From Bugula neritina (Eukaryota > Animalia > Bryozoa), in the NCBI GenBank assembly GCA_964035545.1, contig OZ037767.1, forward strand, positions 2,181,680 through 2,245,679: DNA of 64,000 nt. Reading direction: 5' to 3'. The notes below the pieces were generated by a model. That model did no database searches and was not told the origin of the DNA. It saw only the letters and a program-made list of their open reading frames with translations. Below, one piece after another: positions 15,601 to 28,817 of the stretch. Each line of letters opens with the position of its first letter. Within the stretch, counting starts at the first letter, position 1. The position numbers and the translations under genes are program-made.

Positions 15601-18600
15601 TCATATTACTTAGGTGAGTGGAACTAATGCTATTATTTGAGTCAGCATAAAAGTAAGCATATCATTCAATAGTGGCACCTACCAACAGTAGGCCTAAATT
15701 TATCTTGAAAGTTTTATAAGTTTATTGCAACTGATTAAAAATTCTGGTAATTAGGCTAGTAATTCATTTTATCTGCTAATATTTGAGATATTTTGCTATA
15801 GGAATGGAGAATGACTGTATAACACAAGTTTAATAAGTCAATGCAAATTTCCTTGCATTTAAGATTGGATATTCATAGAACACTGGATACTTATAACTAA
15901 AACTCAGAATGTTTACACGAGACGGAGGCAGATAATTTCAACTGTTTACATTAATTAATAGGTTTATTATTAATAACTAGTAATAGTAATAGGCCTTTCT
16001 CTGTGCCAGTTTGTTGCCTATTAATGTAACTAGATTACTATGATTAGATGGCCGGGGCTTGCCTTCTAGCGGAGATATCTACAGTATGGGGGCCGTACCA
16101 GGATACCCATCCGCTGCTCATTTGATACACAATGGCTATTCAACAACAGGCTCTCCTTACCAGTCCATGCAACCCACTTCCAATTCACACCTTGTAAGTT
16201 TCTCTTGTCATAATGAATATTAAAACGCAAACATATTCTTATCATTAATTTCATGGCAATGAAGTCTGTGAAAAGCCAAACCCCTAATGACTGCATCTAA
16301 TCAACAACAGATGCTATGAGCTCAGGCTAAGTAGAAAACTACTAAATTTAATTTAATTGATGTCTCATGTCCATATTATCAAAGGATTAATAAATTGCTT
16401 TGGAATGCATCGGAATTTTAACTACCAACGCATTATGCAAGACTCAAAAGTTTTGCTTGAAAATAAATTTAAATTTAATTAATTCAAATTGTTTTTAGTA
16501 AAGTATCAGAATCAATTTTTGTTTTAGCTTTACAATACAGAAGCAAGTATATCCACGTACAGGCAAACAGATGTTACATCTCCTGACTCAGGTAGCTAAA
16601 ATCTCATTTTTCATTTCTGGTTCTCCAACCAAAGCCTCAGCTAGGTTTCTGGTTGGTTTGGCTTTCTGATGAGTCATCTGGAAAACTGATAAACAGAAGA
16701 GTTGATTAATCAGCTGACTGTCTATACACCAGCTAATGACAGATATCCGTCCTTTTAGGGACTTGGTTGGATTAGCCCATATAGCCTACAGTGGGCCATG
16801 AACATGCTACTAAAAAAAAGTCACACGTGACTGCTGACTATTTCTATGAAATTACCTGCTCCTTAACAAGCTGACCTAGTCGAATAAGCTTAACGTAGTG
16901 CTTTTTGTATTTTGTATTATTTATACTTCTTTATATAATTGGGACAAAGTTGGAAATTGTCAGCCTGCAAAACTTGTATAATCTATAAAAATATTTTAAA
17001 ATCTATTTTAGACACAGCGAAAATACCTTGGACAGGCTCAGCACCCGTGACGGCAAATCAATTCGACTCTGCAACACCTGTGGTGAGAACATAGCTGTAG
17101 TGTTTACTTCCCGTTGGTCTTAGAAGTACTCAATCTATTTAGCTATAAGTTCTAAGTAGGTTAAAGTCAGTTAAGTACTTGGGGTACTTGACTATTTAAG
17201 TCTCATTCGTTATAAGCTCTAAGTAGTCTGGAGCTGAAGCTTGAGGTTGTAGCACACAACTTGAAGTTTGAAAGTTAGATTAGTACATTTAACGGAATAT
17301 CTGTTAGCATTCTCTACAGATTATCTATGGCTGTGAACTTTTGAACTAATTAGAGTTGCATGCAATTTATAACAGGAAGTAAGCATGTTCTAGCATGTTC
17401 TGGCATGTTCTAGCATGTTCTAGCATGTTCTAGCTGCTAGCATATCCTAACATGTTCTATTTGCTTCAAAAGCATGAATATAATTTCAGCATGAATACAA
17501 ATGACTTACATCGTTGGATGTTATATTTATCGACTAACCTACCTGCATGCTCCTTTCCCCCACCAATGCTAACCCGCATGTTCTCCCTCTAGGCCCAGCT
17601 TGACCTCAACACAGAGTCAGCTAGTCTTATTCAACTAGAAGATCATATTAGTGATGCAATGAACATTCTGCAAGGTCATGCAGACGCTCTCCCTTACCCT
17701 CACATTCCCACTTCCTGTCCGGCTTCAACCCCGGATGTGTTCCCTGACTCTACGAGTGGCGACCTCGTATCGGTATGTGAGCCTCTGTAAAACTGTATGC
17801 ATATTTCTGTAATATACAGTAATAAGCATAATGTCTTACAGTAATATACATATTGTATTATAGTAATATGCACACTGTAATACAGTATACATATTATTGC
17901 GTCTTCAATCTCTGCATGTAAGATGACCGCACAATTAGAGTACAGATGTTTTTGAATAAATTTTGTTACATAATCTTACTATTTAATAGCAAACAATTCA
18001 AAGCTGCATGTTATCCATAATAATATTATGGTTTTAACCTGATGCATGCAAATTTTGCATATATAAAAATATAAGCCTCTTGTAAAACCTTCAGAGTGCT
18101 AGTAGCATGGAATGTTGCAGAAGAACTGACAGTAGATATGGGAGTAAATAGATTTTGAGCAAGAAATCCTCAACTTTGAACTATTAGTTTTCTGGTAAGC
18201 AACCAAACAATTGCGTGGGTTGTATGGCTAGCTGATAGCAAAGATAGTAAAGAGAATTCAAGTAGAGAATTACAATTGAAAAATATAAATAATTTCATGT
18301 TAGCTGGCATTGAGAAAAGCATTGAGCACTGTATTGATGATGATACCAAACACATCAGCAGCTTTTATACCTGCTTTTTGGTAAAAAATTACTTTTTTGG
18401 CACAATGCAGCACCACGACTCCAGCATGAAATTCATTGCGTCTATTCTTACTCTGAAATCTAAACAATATTGTTAAATATTCATTGAGCAGAAACACGCT
18501 GTGTGATTTCTGCGTTGGAATCAACTTTATAAGCTGATGACAATTAATCAAGACACATAATATTATATAACCTGCTGCTTGGGTCATCATAAAAATAGTT

Positions 18601-21600
18601 GTACAGGCAAAACCAGTTCAATATTTCACCAAAATAATTAATGCAATTATTTTTAAAGTAATAATATTATTACACCAAACAGTGTAGACTGTAGAAGAAG
18701 CACCATTTCTCAAATATTTGGAGGTCTTCTTTCACCTGGCGTTAGCAAACTCAAAGTTTGCAGTATCTACAAACATAAAGATATGTGCCTTGGCAGAACC
18801 AATTCTATTCTATAAAAATGCTTAGTGTTCTATAACTGTGCCGTATAAGTTTAAATGATATTTTCACGAGACAAATATTTTATCAAGTTTGCTTTTGTAA
18901 CACTTTCTAAAATATTTTTTTAATATTTTATAAAGCTCCATGCTAGTTCAAATGGGTAGGTTTCAGATTTTTGACTGCTTGAGTCTTTATGATATACTGG
19001 AGTTATCCCTTCCTATCAGGTCTGTATGTGATTAAATGGCTGTACTGAATGCATTGCAGATGGCTGCTGTTAATGAGTAGCTATGTAACAGCATCTGGAG
19101 GTAGTTGCTCAATCATCTGGCATCAATTTGAATTCGGAGTGAATCAGTGCTATTCAATCTTCCAATCACCTTTATAATCTATACTCTGCTATCAGACATC
19201 CCACCCATCTCTTCATGTACTTAACATCAATCTCCAACCCAGACAGAAATTGCCTTTTACTTTGCTAATTATAAAGTTCTAGTTTTGAGTTCATGTAGTT
19301 CACTGATTTTATATACCTTCTCTACTCAACTGCTCTGGCGAATATGACAAATTTCTTCTGTTACTGAAAGACACCATAACATGCTAGACTAGTTCCATAT
19401 AACTTAATATGGCTGAAGCCATCTTGTTGTTCTTTCATTGCGATTTGAAATGTTGCCAAAAGCTGCAATCAGTTCATCTAAATAATTGCACACATAATTT
19501 GTTTAATATTTCTGCTGCTGGAATGTAATAACTTGCAGTCCACATTGTGCTTCTTCAATACACACATGTACCTTTGTTATTACATAAGTGAAAGCTTACT
19601 CATGATTATGCAGAAAGTTCTTATATGAGCAGAACTCTTGTAATTAATTGGTCTAGTATTGGTGTCCATCAAAGTTCATATATAGTTGTTTCATTAGAAA
19701 ATTGAACTAAAATTTTAAAAATATGTCTACTATAATTTTGAGTGCATGAGTTCTTACTTTGTCATTATGTTTCGTTTCACTCAGTTGTTTTTTGATGTTT
19801 GATATAAATTAAGAGATTATGAACAAAGGTTGAAATTGTGCATACGTAGCTTACTAAAGAGTCGAAAAATTTTGCTTTTGATAAAGCCAAACTTTCAACC
19901 AAAAATCTTTTATTCATCCAACTTTTGAATACAGAATTTGAATATTTAAAAGTGACGTAAAGACATTTTTGTCAGCAAGGCTGAGTAGAAATAGAAGTTA
20001 ATTTACAACTTGTATTTTCTAATTTTGTCAAGTTGGGAAATTTGAAAATTAACTCGAAGCTTGCGAGTTTGAGTACCACCACCAACCAGCTTAACAACCC
20101 CGCAGTTCACAAAAGTTACTGTATGTTTTTTTATATCCAGGCTTATCTACTATGAGTAGAATTTTATCAATATTTGGCAAGTAATAACCAAAATTAAGCA
20201 CCATTATTCAACTGGAAAATGGTCTGTTATTTGATGTAATGGCTTGAAGGGCCTGTGAAAAGCGTTTACCAGACGCTCTTAACTTGATTATGGTGACATT
20301 TGCTCAGCTATTAAACTTCTGGTTACGAATTGAATGTTAAACTTAGCTCCTAGGGAAAAACTGCATTTTCAAATCTAGCGCTATGCCTCACCCACCCTTT
20401 AGACCAAAGTTTTATAGGAGAGCTTAATTAGCTAAAGTGTTGATAGGTTTTCTGGAATAATAATTATTAAATACTGCCTCTGTCAGGACAGGCCTGTGTT
20501 TAACCTAATGGCTTTTCCATACTGATTTCCATAGCAGCTAAAACCACATGTGTTAGCAATAAAGCTGAGCGTATTGTTAACAGCAGGCTCATCAATTTCA
20601 TTGGTTGAATGCAGGGATAACTCAATCCGATGCAGTCAATTCACTTTCTGTACACACACTAGCATTGTATCGTCACTATTAATCAGTAAATCACGTTCAA
20701 TCAGTTCAATTGGTAGTCGATCTGATTCCGTGAATATCTCATCCGATTCCAGCATTTTTACCAAAGGATATTCAAATTGAATCCGAGTAACTTACGTTGG
20801 AGCTTGGATTATTTATTCTGTGGATTTTTTCTCAATTGTGTGTCGTCTGCACCTTAGAATTAGATCTAGAGATGCAAAGTTATTCGGGAGGAAGTGGGTC
20901 GGTGGGCCGAGGGAGTGGTGTGCAAGAGTTAGACATGGATTTATGGTGCACGCAGTGTATGTGGTCTCCGCAGCATCTCTATTCTACATGCCCTCACCAA
21001 AACACATCTAGCACAGCACCCCCTTCTGTATATAACTCTAATCCATACTACCCTAGTTCACAGGCTATGCTGCCACCTTCAATGCAGATGCCCCCACCTT
21101 CCATTCACCAACCTTCTCAGTCTTATTACATGCCTTGGGTAAGTCTTTAGGAGTGCACGTACACTCTTTTAAATTGGGAAATGATCATTTTTGATCCAGT
21201 TTAGCTGTAAGTGTAAAGATTTAAATTTGAGATTCGATTAGATTTCTTATGTTTCAAGTTAGAGTTTGTCCTCTTGTCTTAATTTGAATGCAGATAGGTT
21301 TGCATGTCAGGAAGATTCAACAGAGCTAGTTTTATAAGTAACAAATTGTAACTCACAGACATATGCTTTAAGTTTATATGTCAACTTCAAGCAAGCTTCA
21401 TTCTCTGGAATATTCATTTGGGGTAAATAATAATAACTTCAGTTTTTACTTTTTAAAAAAACTGGCTTTTCTTGATACAACTATCACTGAAACTAAAAGT
21501 AAATATATCTTTTGACCTTCACCCTAATCGCACTTCTTTCTAAATTTGTTACAGATGGCCAACTATGGAAATGTAAAAAATTTAAAGTTAGAGTAAATTT

Positions 21601-24600
21601 AATGACTTTTTAGCATTAAATTTTTATTTTACAGAATTCAACTATTTTTTTTTAAAGAATATACTCAAAAATGAACAAGGACACACAATGAACTTGTAAT
21701 TCAAAACTACAATTAAGTTATTAAGTTTCATAGTTGGAAGATCTCCTTTTAATCTGTTATAACAAGATCACAAGGTTATATTATTAACAGTACTTGACCT
21801 ATATTGACTGGTTGTGAAACTCACTTCAGTGCACAGTAAAGTTCCAACATTGTTATTAATTAAGGCAGTTATTTCCTGCCTCTAGGATCTATGAACGTGT
21901 AACACTTGAATATATCTGCATTGTGATTTTCACTTTAAAACCAATTTTTAATAATAAATTTTCTTTTTTATAATTAAAGAGTATTTTATGATTTTTTCCA
22001 AAACCAATCTTATCAAGAGATAAGCCTGCAGGAATGAAGAATTTGGAAAAAACATGTATACTAGAGGAAAAATTTAGCAAAGGAAGTTACGTTCTCTTGA
22101 AAATTTTAACCCGCAACTTAATGAAAATTCATAAAATATAAAGAACTTGAGTTTTTGAAATTTTATGGTTACTGCACCTCATTATCTTATTCCACCTCTC
22201 ATTCAAAATTAAAATAATCGTATAATGTAAATCTAGATTCATTAATGAGCAGTCGACCAGCCACTCTAAAATTAAATTTCTCACTTGTTAAGGAAATTTA
22301 AAGAAGTTCTGCAAATGCTTATGGCATTTTCTGTTGATTTTTTCAGCAGCATCTAAAATGCTGATTCATATTTTATGATGCCTATAATCTTGGGAATAAA
22401 TCATCAAGTTTTATGCCAGTTTTAAGTAATTTTAAGTTGTGATCCTTCCTGTGTGACATTCCTCATAAAATGACCAGCAAATGCAGTTTCTGTGGGCATC
22501 AGAGAAATTTCAACAAATTTGTATTATAAAAGAAACTTTTGCAACTTCATGAAACTTCAAAAACGTTTTTTTAAAGGAGCCTAAAGTATAGTGTGCTGAT
22601 ATTTCACTTATAGCGCAACAGCTAAAGAATGGATATAATGCCTAAACTAGGTTACATGATAGATAAAAGAGTAGTGGTGGGTTTAAACTACCAAACTTAT
22701 GTTACAAAGTGATCTAGCATTCTCTTACTGATTTGAAAACCATTCAGTGAATCAAAGTTGAGTAATCAAGTGATGACATTTGATATAGCTCTGACAACTT
22801 GTTATTTAAATGTATTTCTCTAATACACTCTAGTCTAATTCCCTTACAGTATGTGATTAGAGTGAACTGGTACATCAGGCTCTATCTTCCTGCTAGTCTT
22901 TACTCCATCTTCAAATATCTCAAAAGTTGTTGGTAATCAGCAATGTATATCGCATTCAAACTATTGCAATCAAGTAACTAAGCTGGACTTTTCCTACAAA
23001 TAGAACGCATTTAACGTCTACACAAGACTATCACGGTTTACTGTTCAGCTCTTAGTATTTTGGTGTCGAAACACAGAAATAGAATCTAGGCCTTTATTTA
23101 AAAAAAACTAATTAAAACTAATTCAAAATATTGAAATTAACAGCGTGATGTTATCTGCAGTCTTTCTTTCAGTCTGCTGATACACTTGTGGAGTTGTCTC
23201 CACTAATGTCTGTTCAAAGACAATTTGTGGCTTATATAAGGTTCAGTTTAGAATTGAGAAAGTTGTTAGAGTCAGCCTAAACTATTCTTTGCTGCAAAAC
23301 AGTATGTTAGACATATTCATGTCACCATGATAATAAACAGCGTGGCATTGGAGGTCTCGATTCGTACCTGGGATGGGGTTGGGGAGGGGGCTCTAGACTC
23401 TCAATACCTCACTATGAACTGTCCCACAGTCCAGCTACTAACTCCTTACTGCTTATTAACTGTTGAGGCAATGTTACCCGCCATAAAATTAAAAAAACAT
23501 ACTTTATTTGTACGAAAGATGAGGCTTTTGTTGCTCCACTGCTTCTAAAATAAGTTTGCAAGTTTTTCAAACCTGCAAGAATTACTTTAATTAATTTTTC
23601 TACTGTGAATAGTATTTCATTTTGTATTTTTGTATTTTTTTTAGCCAACAGCACACTACCAAGAATCCACACCTGGTAAGTTTGTTTTCTTTAACTTTAA
23701 AAAATTAATTATAGAAATTACTACAATTTCTGAAAACATTAATGCATTTTTAAATTGAAATCATTGGAAATATTTTTATAGTGTGATACTGCTAGATAAT
23801 TATGAAAAGCAAATGCAGTATTGGAGAAACTTGAAAAAGCAGGTGTTCAAACAATTTTACATAATAAATCATGTTCTTCAAATTTTATAAGAAAATAAAA
23901 AATCAGGCAACTTAAAGTTTTTTTATATCAACAAATGAAATATTATTTTTTATACTATACTTTTGAAAATTGTTTCATGCAATTAAAGCCTCATAGTTGT
24001 TATTTGGATTAGGCTATTAAATTAAGTTTGGTAATTAATAATCTACACTGTTGAAATTCTGCCTTCAAATATATTTTACTGAATTTTACGATGATTGGAA
24101 TAGAAAAAAATTCTGGTCAATCTTTTATAAGTAAAGTAAATAATTCACGAAATCACTGATTAGAATCAATAAATGATTTTCAATGCTTTAAGATTTAGCT
24201 GCTTTATTCACTACTTCAAAATGTTGTACCATTTTATTTGCCAACCTTATAATGATACACAGTAGGCTTCACTAATTGGGGTAAAGCTTTAATATGAAAA
24301 TTTGAAGCTTTTCTGTTGTGGAAATATATCTTAGTTTTTGTTGGTAGGCTATAATGTTATGTTTCAAATTGGAAATAGATAACTATCATCTTAGATCCAT
24401 TTTAATTGCTAGACAAGATAGGTTGGCCAGAAGTTATTTCAGAAATCATAAAGAAATAAAGTTGATTGATAACAGACCATGGAATTAGCCAACAGTTCTT
24501 CATCAATGACCTAGCACTGGTTGACCTAGCCTTGTAAACTGAAACTCTACTCACTGCATACTGAAATATTTAGTTGTGTTATAATATTATACACCAACCA

Positions 24601-27373
24601 CGCCCACACTATGGTATTGATTGAAGGCTATGGTTTATTTTTACAAATCCATAAATTAATAAAACATTTACTTTTATACACTCAAATTTTTGTAATATTT
24701 CTAACTGGTTGGTTTGTTATGACTAGTAGAAAACTAATTAGTATAAAAAAGTAAAAATAAATTGATTATAAGTCTACAGTAATGGGTTAATTGCCTCCTT
24801 GGCATGTGAAAATACTCTAATATTGATAGCCTTGTATCACCTGAGTACCAGTTAAAACTGAAATTTATTACAATTTTTCGTTAGCTACAACGTTTTGCTC
24901 CTTTTCTTACTGAAAAAAGCAGGTTTAAACTGAGTAAGAAAAAATATCCTTGTTCCTTTTTGTAGCCTTGTTTCTCCGGGAATTAATGATTGGAATGTGC
25001 TTTACTTGATTGTGCAACATTTGGCATAGTAAACCCTAATTACAAAAGTCTGAAATTTATTTCAAAATGCATTCAAGATGTCACCAGGTTTTAATGTTTT
25101 TTGTTGACCAACTGCATAGTTTAGTGGTGAATCATCATGAGTAAACTACTATTGTGTATGTCTAGTATTCAATCAGATCCAAACATTCTCTTACAAATAT
25201 CTTGCTACAGGAAGCTCAAAAGGAAGAAGTATTAAAAGCAAAGATGCTTCGTTACCTTCCCCATCAGAGTCTGACAGTCAGTCGTCTGTGAAAGGTATAC
25301 CCGGATCAGGAGCCAAACGGACCAGGTTTGACGGAGAAGAGTCTATAGATGGGTGAGTTCAATAGAGAAAAAATGAATTTTTACTTTTTAATTTTTTTCA
25401 GCTTGAAACGGTCAGGTATGTTAATTTGGAGTTATCATATAACCCGGTTTAGTTTCATTTTTTTTATTCAGCAATAATAGATTTACTCATTGTTTTAAAC
25501 TATTTAATTTTTACTCTACTGCTGAAAAGTTGTTTCTTTTTTCATAGCAAACAATTAAAAAATGTTGATTACTAAAATACAACTTTGAATTAGATAATAT
25601 TGTTAGCAGATGCACAGGAGACTGATGCAGTATGAGACTTTTCAGTGTGCGCTTGAAATAAACTAGCTATTAGTTTGGAATATAATTTAAAGTGTGATTA
25701 AATTAAAAATTTACTAAAAGTGTACTATTTTTCCAGGTAATAATCTATACGTGGTTTTAATTAAAATTATTACTCTTTTTATAGATTAGTTTCTAATTTT
25801 AATACTATCATGATATGTCTGACAAGAATGAGATTTGATAGCCATTAACTGCTTACGTCTAAAACTAAAATATTCCCAAGTGGTCATTTTTTAATTTTTT
25901 ATAAATTGTTTTACAGAAGCGAAGAGGTTATTGATCCTGATGAGACGCCGGAAATGAAACAAGAGAGAGAAAGACAGCGTCGAATGGCCAACAACGCCCG
26001 AGAAAGGATTCGAGTGAGAGACATAAATGAAGCATTCAAGGAGCTGGGTAGAATGTGCCAGATGCATATGCAGAACGATAAACCACAGACTAAACTCACT
26101 GTACTACAGCAAGCTGTCAATATTATTACATCGCTGGAAGCAGCTGTTAGAGGTTTGGAGTTATGCTCTCTATTTTGGGCTGTGCCTTGCATGATACTGG
26201 TTATTATAATTTGACTATATCTTTACTATAATGATATATAGCTTTAAGACTGGTGGCTTTGGTATTAACACGTACTGTGTCAGTTTGTATTTTGCCCTTT
26301 AGACTTATCACAATGACATTTTTGACAGTTTACAATTTTTTGCTCAATAAAACTTTAGTTTACGTGATATGTAAAAGCTACTCAGATACTCTATGGCTGA
26401 GGATTGATTCTTCATTAGTGTTCGTAATATTTGCTACAGTATTATTAAAATTTGAGCCATGAGTAAAACGTCTGTGCATTTTGAGTATTAGTACTCTGAT
26501 AGTTTGGACATTCTCTATACTCTATTAAAAATATCTTACAATGATTTTAATCACTCATTTTATTAAGATTAATAGTTAATAAATATAACCTACGGGTTTG
26601 GACAGATCTGGAGTAATTAATGTTTGCAATATTATGTCATTTAGAAAGAAACCTAAATCCCAAACAGGCGTGTTTAAAGAGACGGGAGGAAGAGAAAGGA
26701 GAGATACCTAGTTCGCTCAGTGGTCCGAGTGCGTCAGCTAATAACTTACCAGGTGAATAAATAGCAACTACAATTACAGTTGCCCCTGAAATCTGAATTT
26801 AAACTACACAGGCTGTGCTTGTCATTCAAGTGTAGTAGTGGAGAAATTTTGATAGACTGAGCTCTCTAATATTCTTTATAGATCTCGGTTTGCGGTAGGC
26901 CAAACTTTCTAAACATAACCATTGAACTATAACTAAGGAAGTTTTATTTCATTGAACATAACTTTTCTTTGCTACATTTTTAATCTAAAACACAGGCGTT
27001 TCCCAATTTTTCCATTACTGCACTTACTTCTTTTATTTGCTTTGACACTATATATTATGAAATAGGATGATACTTAATTGACAGTCTTGTTAATGTATTC
27101 AAGCACGAATCCCCATACAAATAAACTGTACTGACATTTGTTGTATTTTATTCTATTTTGTTAGGCGCGACTCAACAAAACTTATCAATGTCTTCCAGGG
27201 GAGGCAACTCAGCTCAGACATCTTATACCCCCTACCCCCCCACTTCCTCTAATAGCCAACCATCCCAAAGTTTATATCCAGAGTACTACAATCCTTCTAT
27301 GATGACTCAACGACTGGTCACTGATGACATGCTGCCTCAAAATGTTACGGCTCCGAAAACATCGGCTTCCTGA
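8818..27373 (+). CDS. Class I bHLH E-protein (TCF3/TCF4/TCF12, daughterless family), 16 coding exons, about 544 aa
   Basis: Phase-consistent GT-AG exons: 8818-8877, 9012-9081, 10275-10312, 10802-10951, 11975-12008, 12127-12149, 15541-15613, 16048-16193, 16528-16591, 17012-17082, 17593-17772, 23645-23675, 25211-25352, 25917-26152, 26645-26752, 27165-27373. Motifs: AD1/[18 protein letters not shown]2-like [16 protein letters not shown], b[30 protein letters not shown]...KPQTKL, and C-terminal [18 protein letters not shown], which is diagnostic of E-proteins. The small internal exons are less certain than the bHLH. Confidence 0.93.
9589..9654. repeat. (AT)n microsatellite followed by a T run
   Basis: Direct inspection. 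Confidence 0.95.
13286..13385. repeat. 13-bp tandem repeat (gtagtaactgtca, about 7 units)
   Basis: Direct inspection; lies just upstream of the candidate alternative first exon at 13430. Confidence 0.88.
13430..13474 (+). CDS. Probable alternative first coding exon of the E-protein gene ([15 protein letters not shown])
   Basis: accATG context, 15 open codons, phase-0 donor CTG|gtaggc compatible with the phase-0 exon at 15541. Confidence 0.55.
17382..17433. repeat. 10-bp tandem repeat (agcatgttct, about 5 units)
   Basis: Direct inspection. Confidence 0.85.
20872..21138 (+). CDS. Probable second alternative first coding exon of the E-protein gene (Pro/Ser/Tyr-rich, 89 codons)
   Basis: Locally GC-richer ORF ending in a strong phase-0 donor TGG|gtaagt that fits exon 23645. 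No in-phase acceptor immediately upstream of the ATG. Inr-like TCAGTT at 20701. Confidence 0.65.
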
Positions 27374-28041
27374 TTATTGACTAGAATTTACTTTTTGAAA
27401 CATGTTAGCTTAGCCTTGACCTTGCTATATAGTTCAAGGTCATATTAAAGCTTCCTATTCCATGAAAGGACAGTAAATACTTATGAACCTGTATTAACTT
27501 TATACATGGTGTTGATTGAACACAGTTGAACGTTCATACAGAAATGATGGTAACTAATGTGCTAGACTATGTATTACAATCTGAATGTAACACTACTTAA
27601 CGCTTCTATGCCATTATGACATCTTCCACGTGAAACTCAAAGTTCTGTTATATTTGACAGCAAAATAATCACCCTGTTATATTTTTTAATAATCTGTTTT
27701 GAGATCTGAGACTATGAGGAAGTAAGACTCTAAGGCTATTGGAATATCTCTTCTGCACTTGCAATACAGAATATTTTTTACCGATATACTGATTTAATTT
27801 GACTCACTAAATATTCTTAGTCACGCTATTTGTCAATTGCGTCTGCATAGAACAGTAGGGTTAATTACGTAGTTTTTGTAATTATTTCTAATTTTAAATT
27901 TCCATCTTACTTACATTATTTTATTTAATGCATTCATTTAATTTTACGCATATGTACAGGGAGCATGACAATATTATATTGTTATTTTACTATTCTGCAT
28001 TATAGAGGGTTATCTTAACAAATTTTAACATTAATATGTGC

Positions 28042-28047
28042 AATAAA
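28042..28047 (+). terminator. Candidate polyadenylation signal of the E-protein gene
   Basis: AATAAA about 670 nt after the stop, followed by T/GT-rich sequence. Confidence 0.5.
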
Positions 28048-28198
28048 GTATGTTAGCAAAGTATATTGAAATTTGTTATTTTTTCCACAAGCTAGTTTTC
28101 TTTATGGGATCAATTCATTATGAAAATTATTGACCCTAGTTACTTAGTTGTTGAGGAGAAAAAAAAATCACAATATACCAGTGTATATGCATGTACAG

Positions 28199-28199
<1 letters not shown>

Positions 28200-28276
<77 letters not shown>
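28200..28276. repeat. (TA)n microsatellite between the E-protein gene and SF3B2
   Basis: About 38 TA units. Confidence 0.97.
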
Positions 28277-28284
<8 letters not shown>

Positions 28285-28817
28285 ATAACTACTACACATA
28301 ATATAGAATATCCTAATACATAATATGCAGCATTGGATATTGTATTTTAGCTAGCATTATGATATAATCAACTTATTCCTGAAATTTGTCGTTTTTCTAT
28401 GGCTATAAACTGACTTTACAACATGCTGACAGTTATCAATACAAAAGGTATATTCAAACTACGGTACATATATATTATGTTGCAACTTACATAGTATTGA
28501 AAGGGGGGATTTACGCTACATACTAATAACTAATATAACGCATTTTTTTCTAGAACGCTCAAGAAAGCGAGTAGCATTAGAGTTGTCTATCCTAAACAAT
28601 TGATTTTAAAAACTAGCGTCTTTCCTGCAGGTATAAAATATTCAAACTAATTGATACCAAATATAAACCGTGTTGTATAAAGTCTTTCAGGGTTGAAGGA
28701 AGGTCACAATATATATAATTATAATAGAACAAAAATTCGTATTAACTTTAGTCGTTTCGCATTTGCGTGCTATGGTCACACTCTCTCACTCTGTTATTCT
28801 GGTTCCACACTATCACA

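Noticed and set aside
18100-19620. Possible decayed transposon in an E-protein intron
   Set aside because: The frames I translated are full of stops and show no transposase or RT motif; a repeat-library search is needed.
24945-24953. ATATCCTT resembling a U12 AT-AC donor (also near 38007)
   Set aside because: Not at the end of any supportable exon and no matching branch site or AC; the surrounding genes splice in phase without it.
28120-28323. 67-aa ORF with a YI repeat
   Set aside because: Translation of the (TA)n microsatellite.
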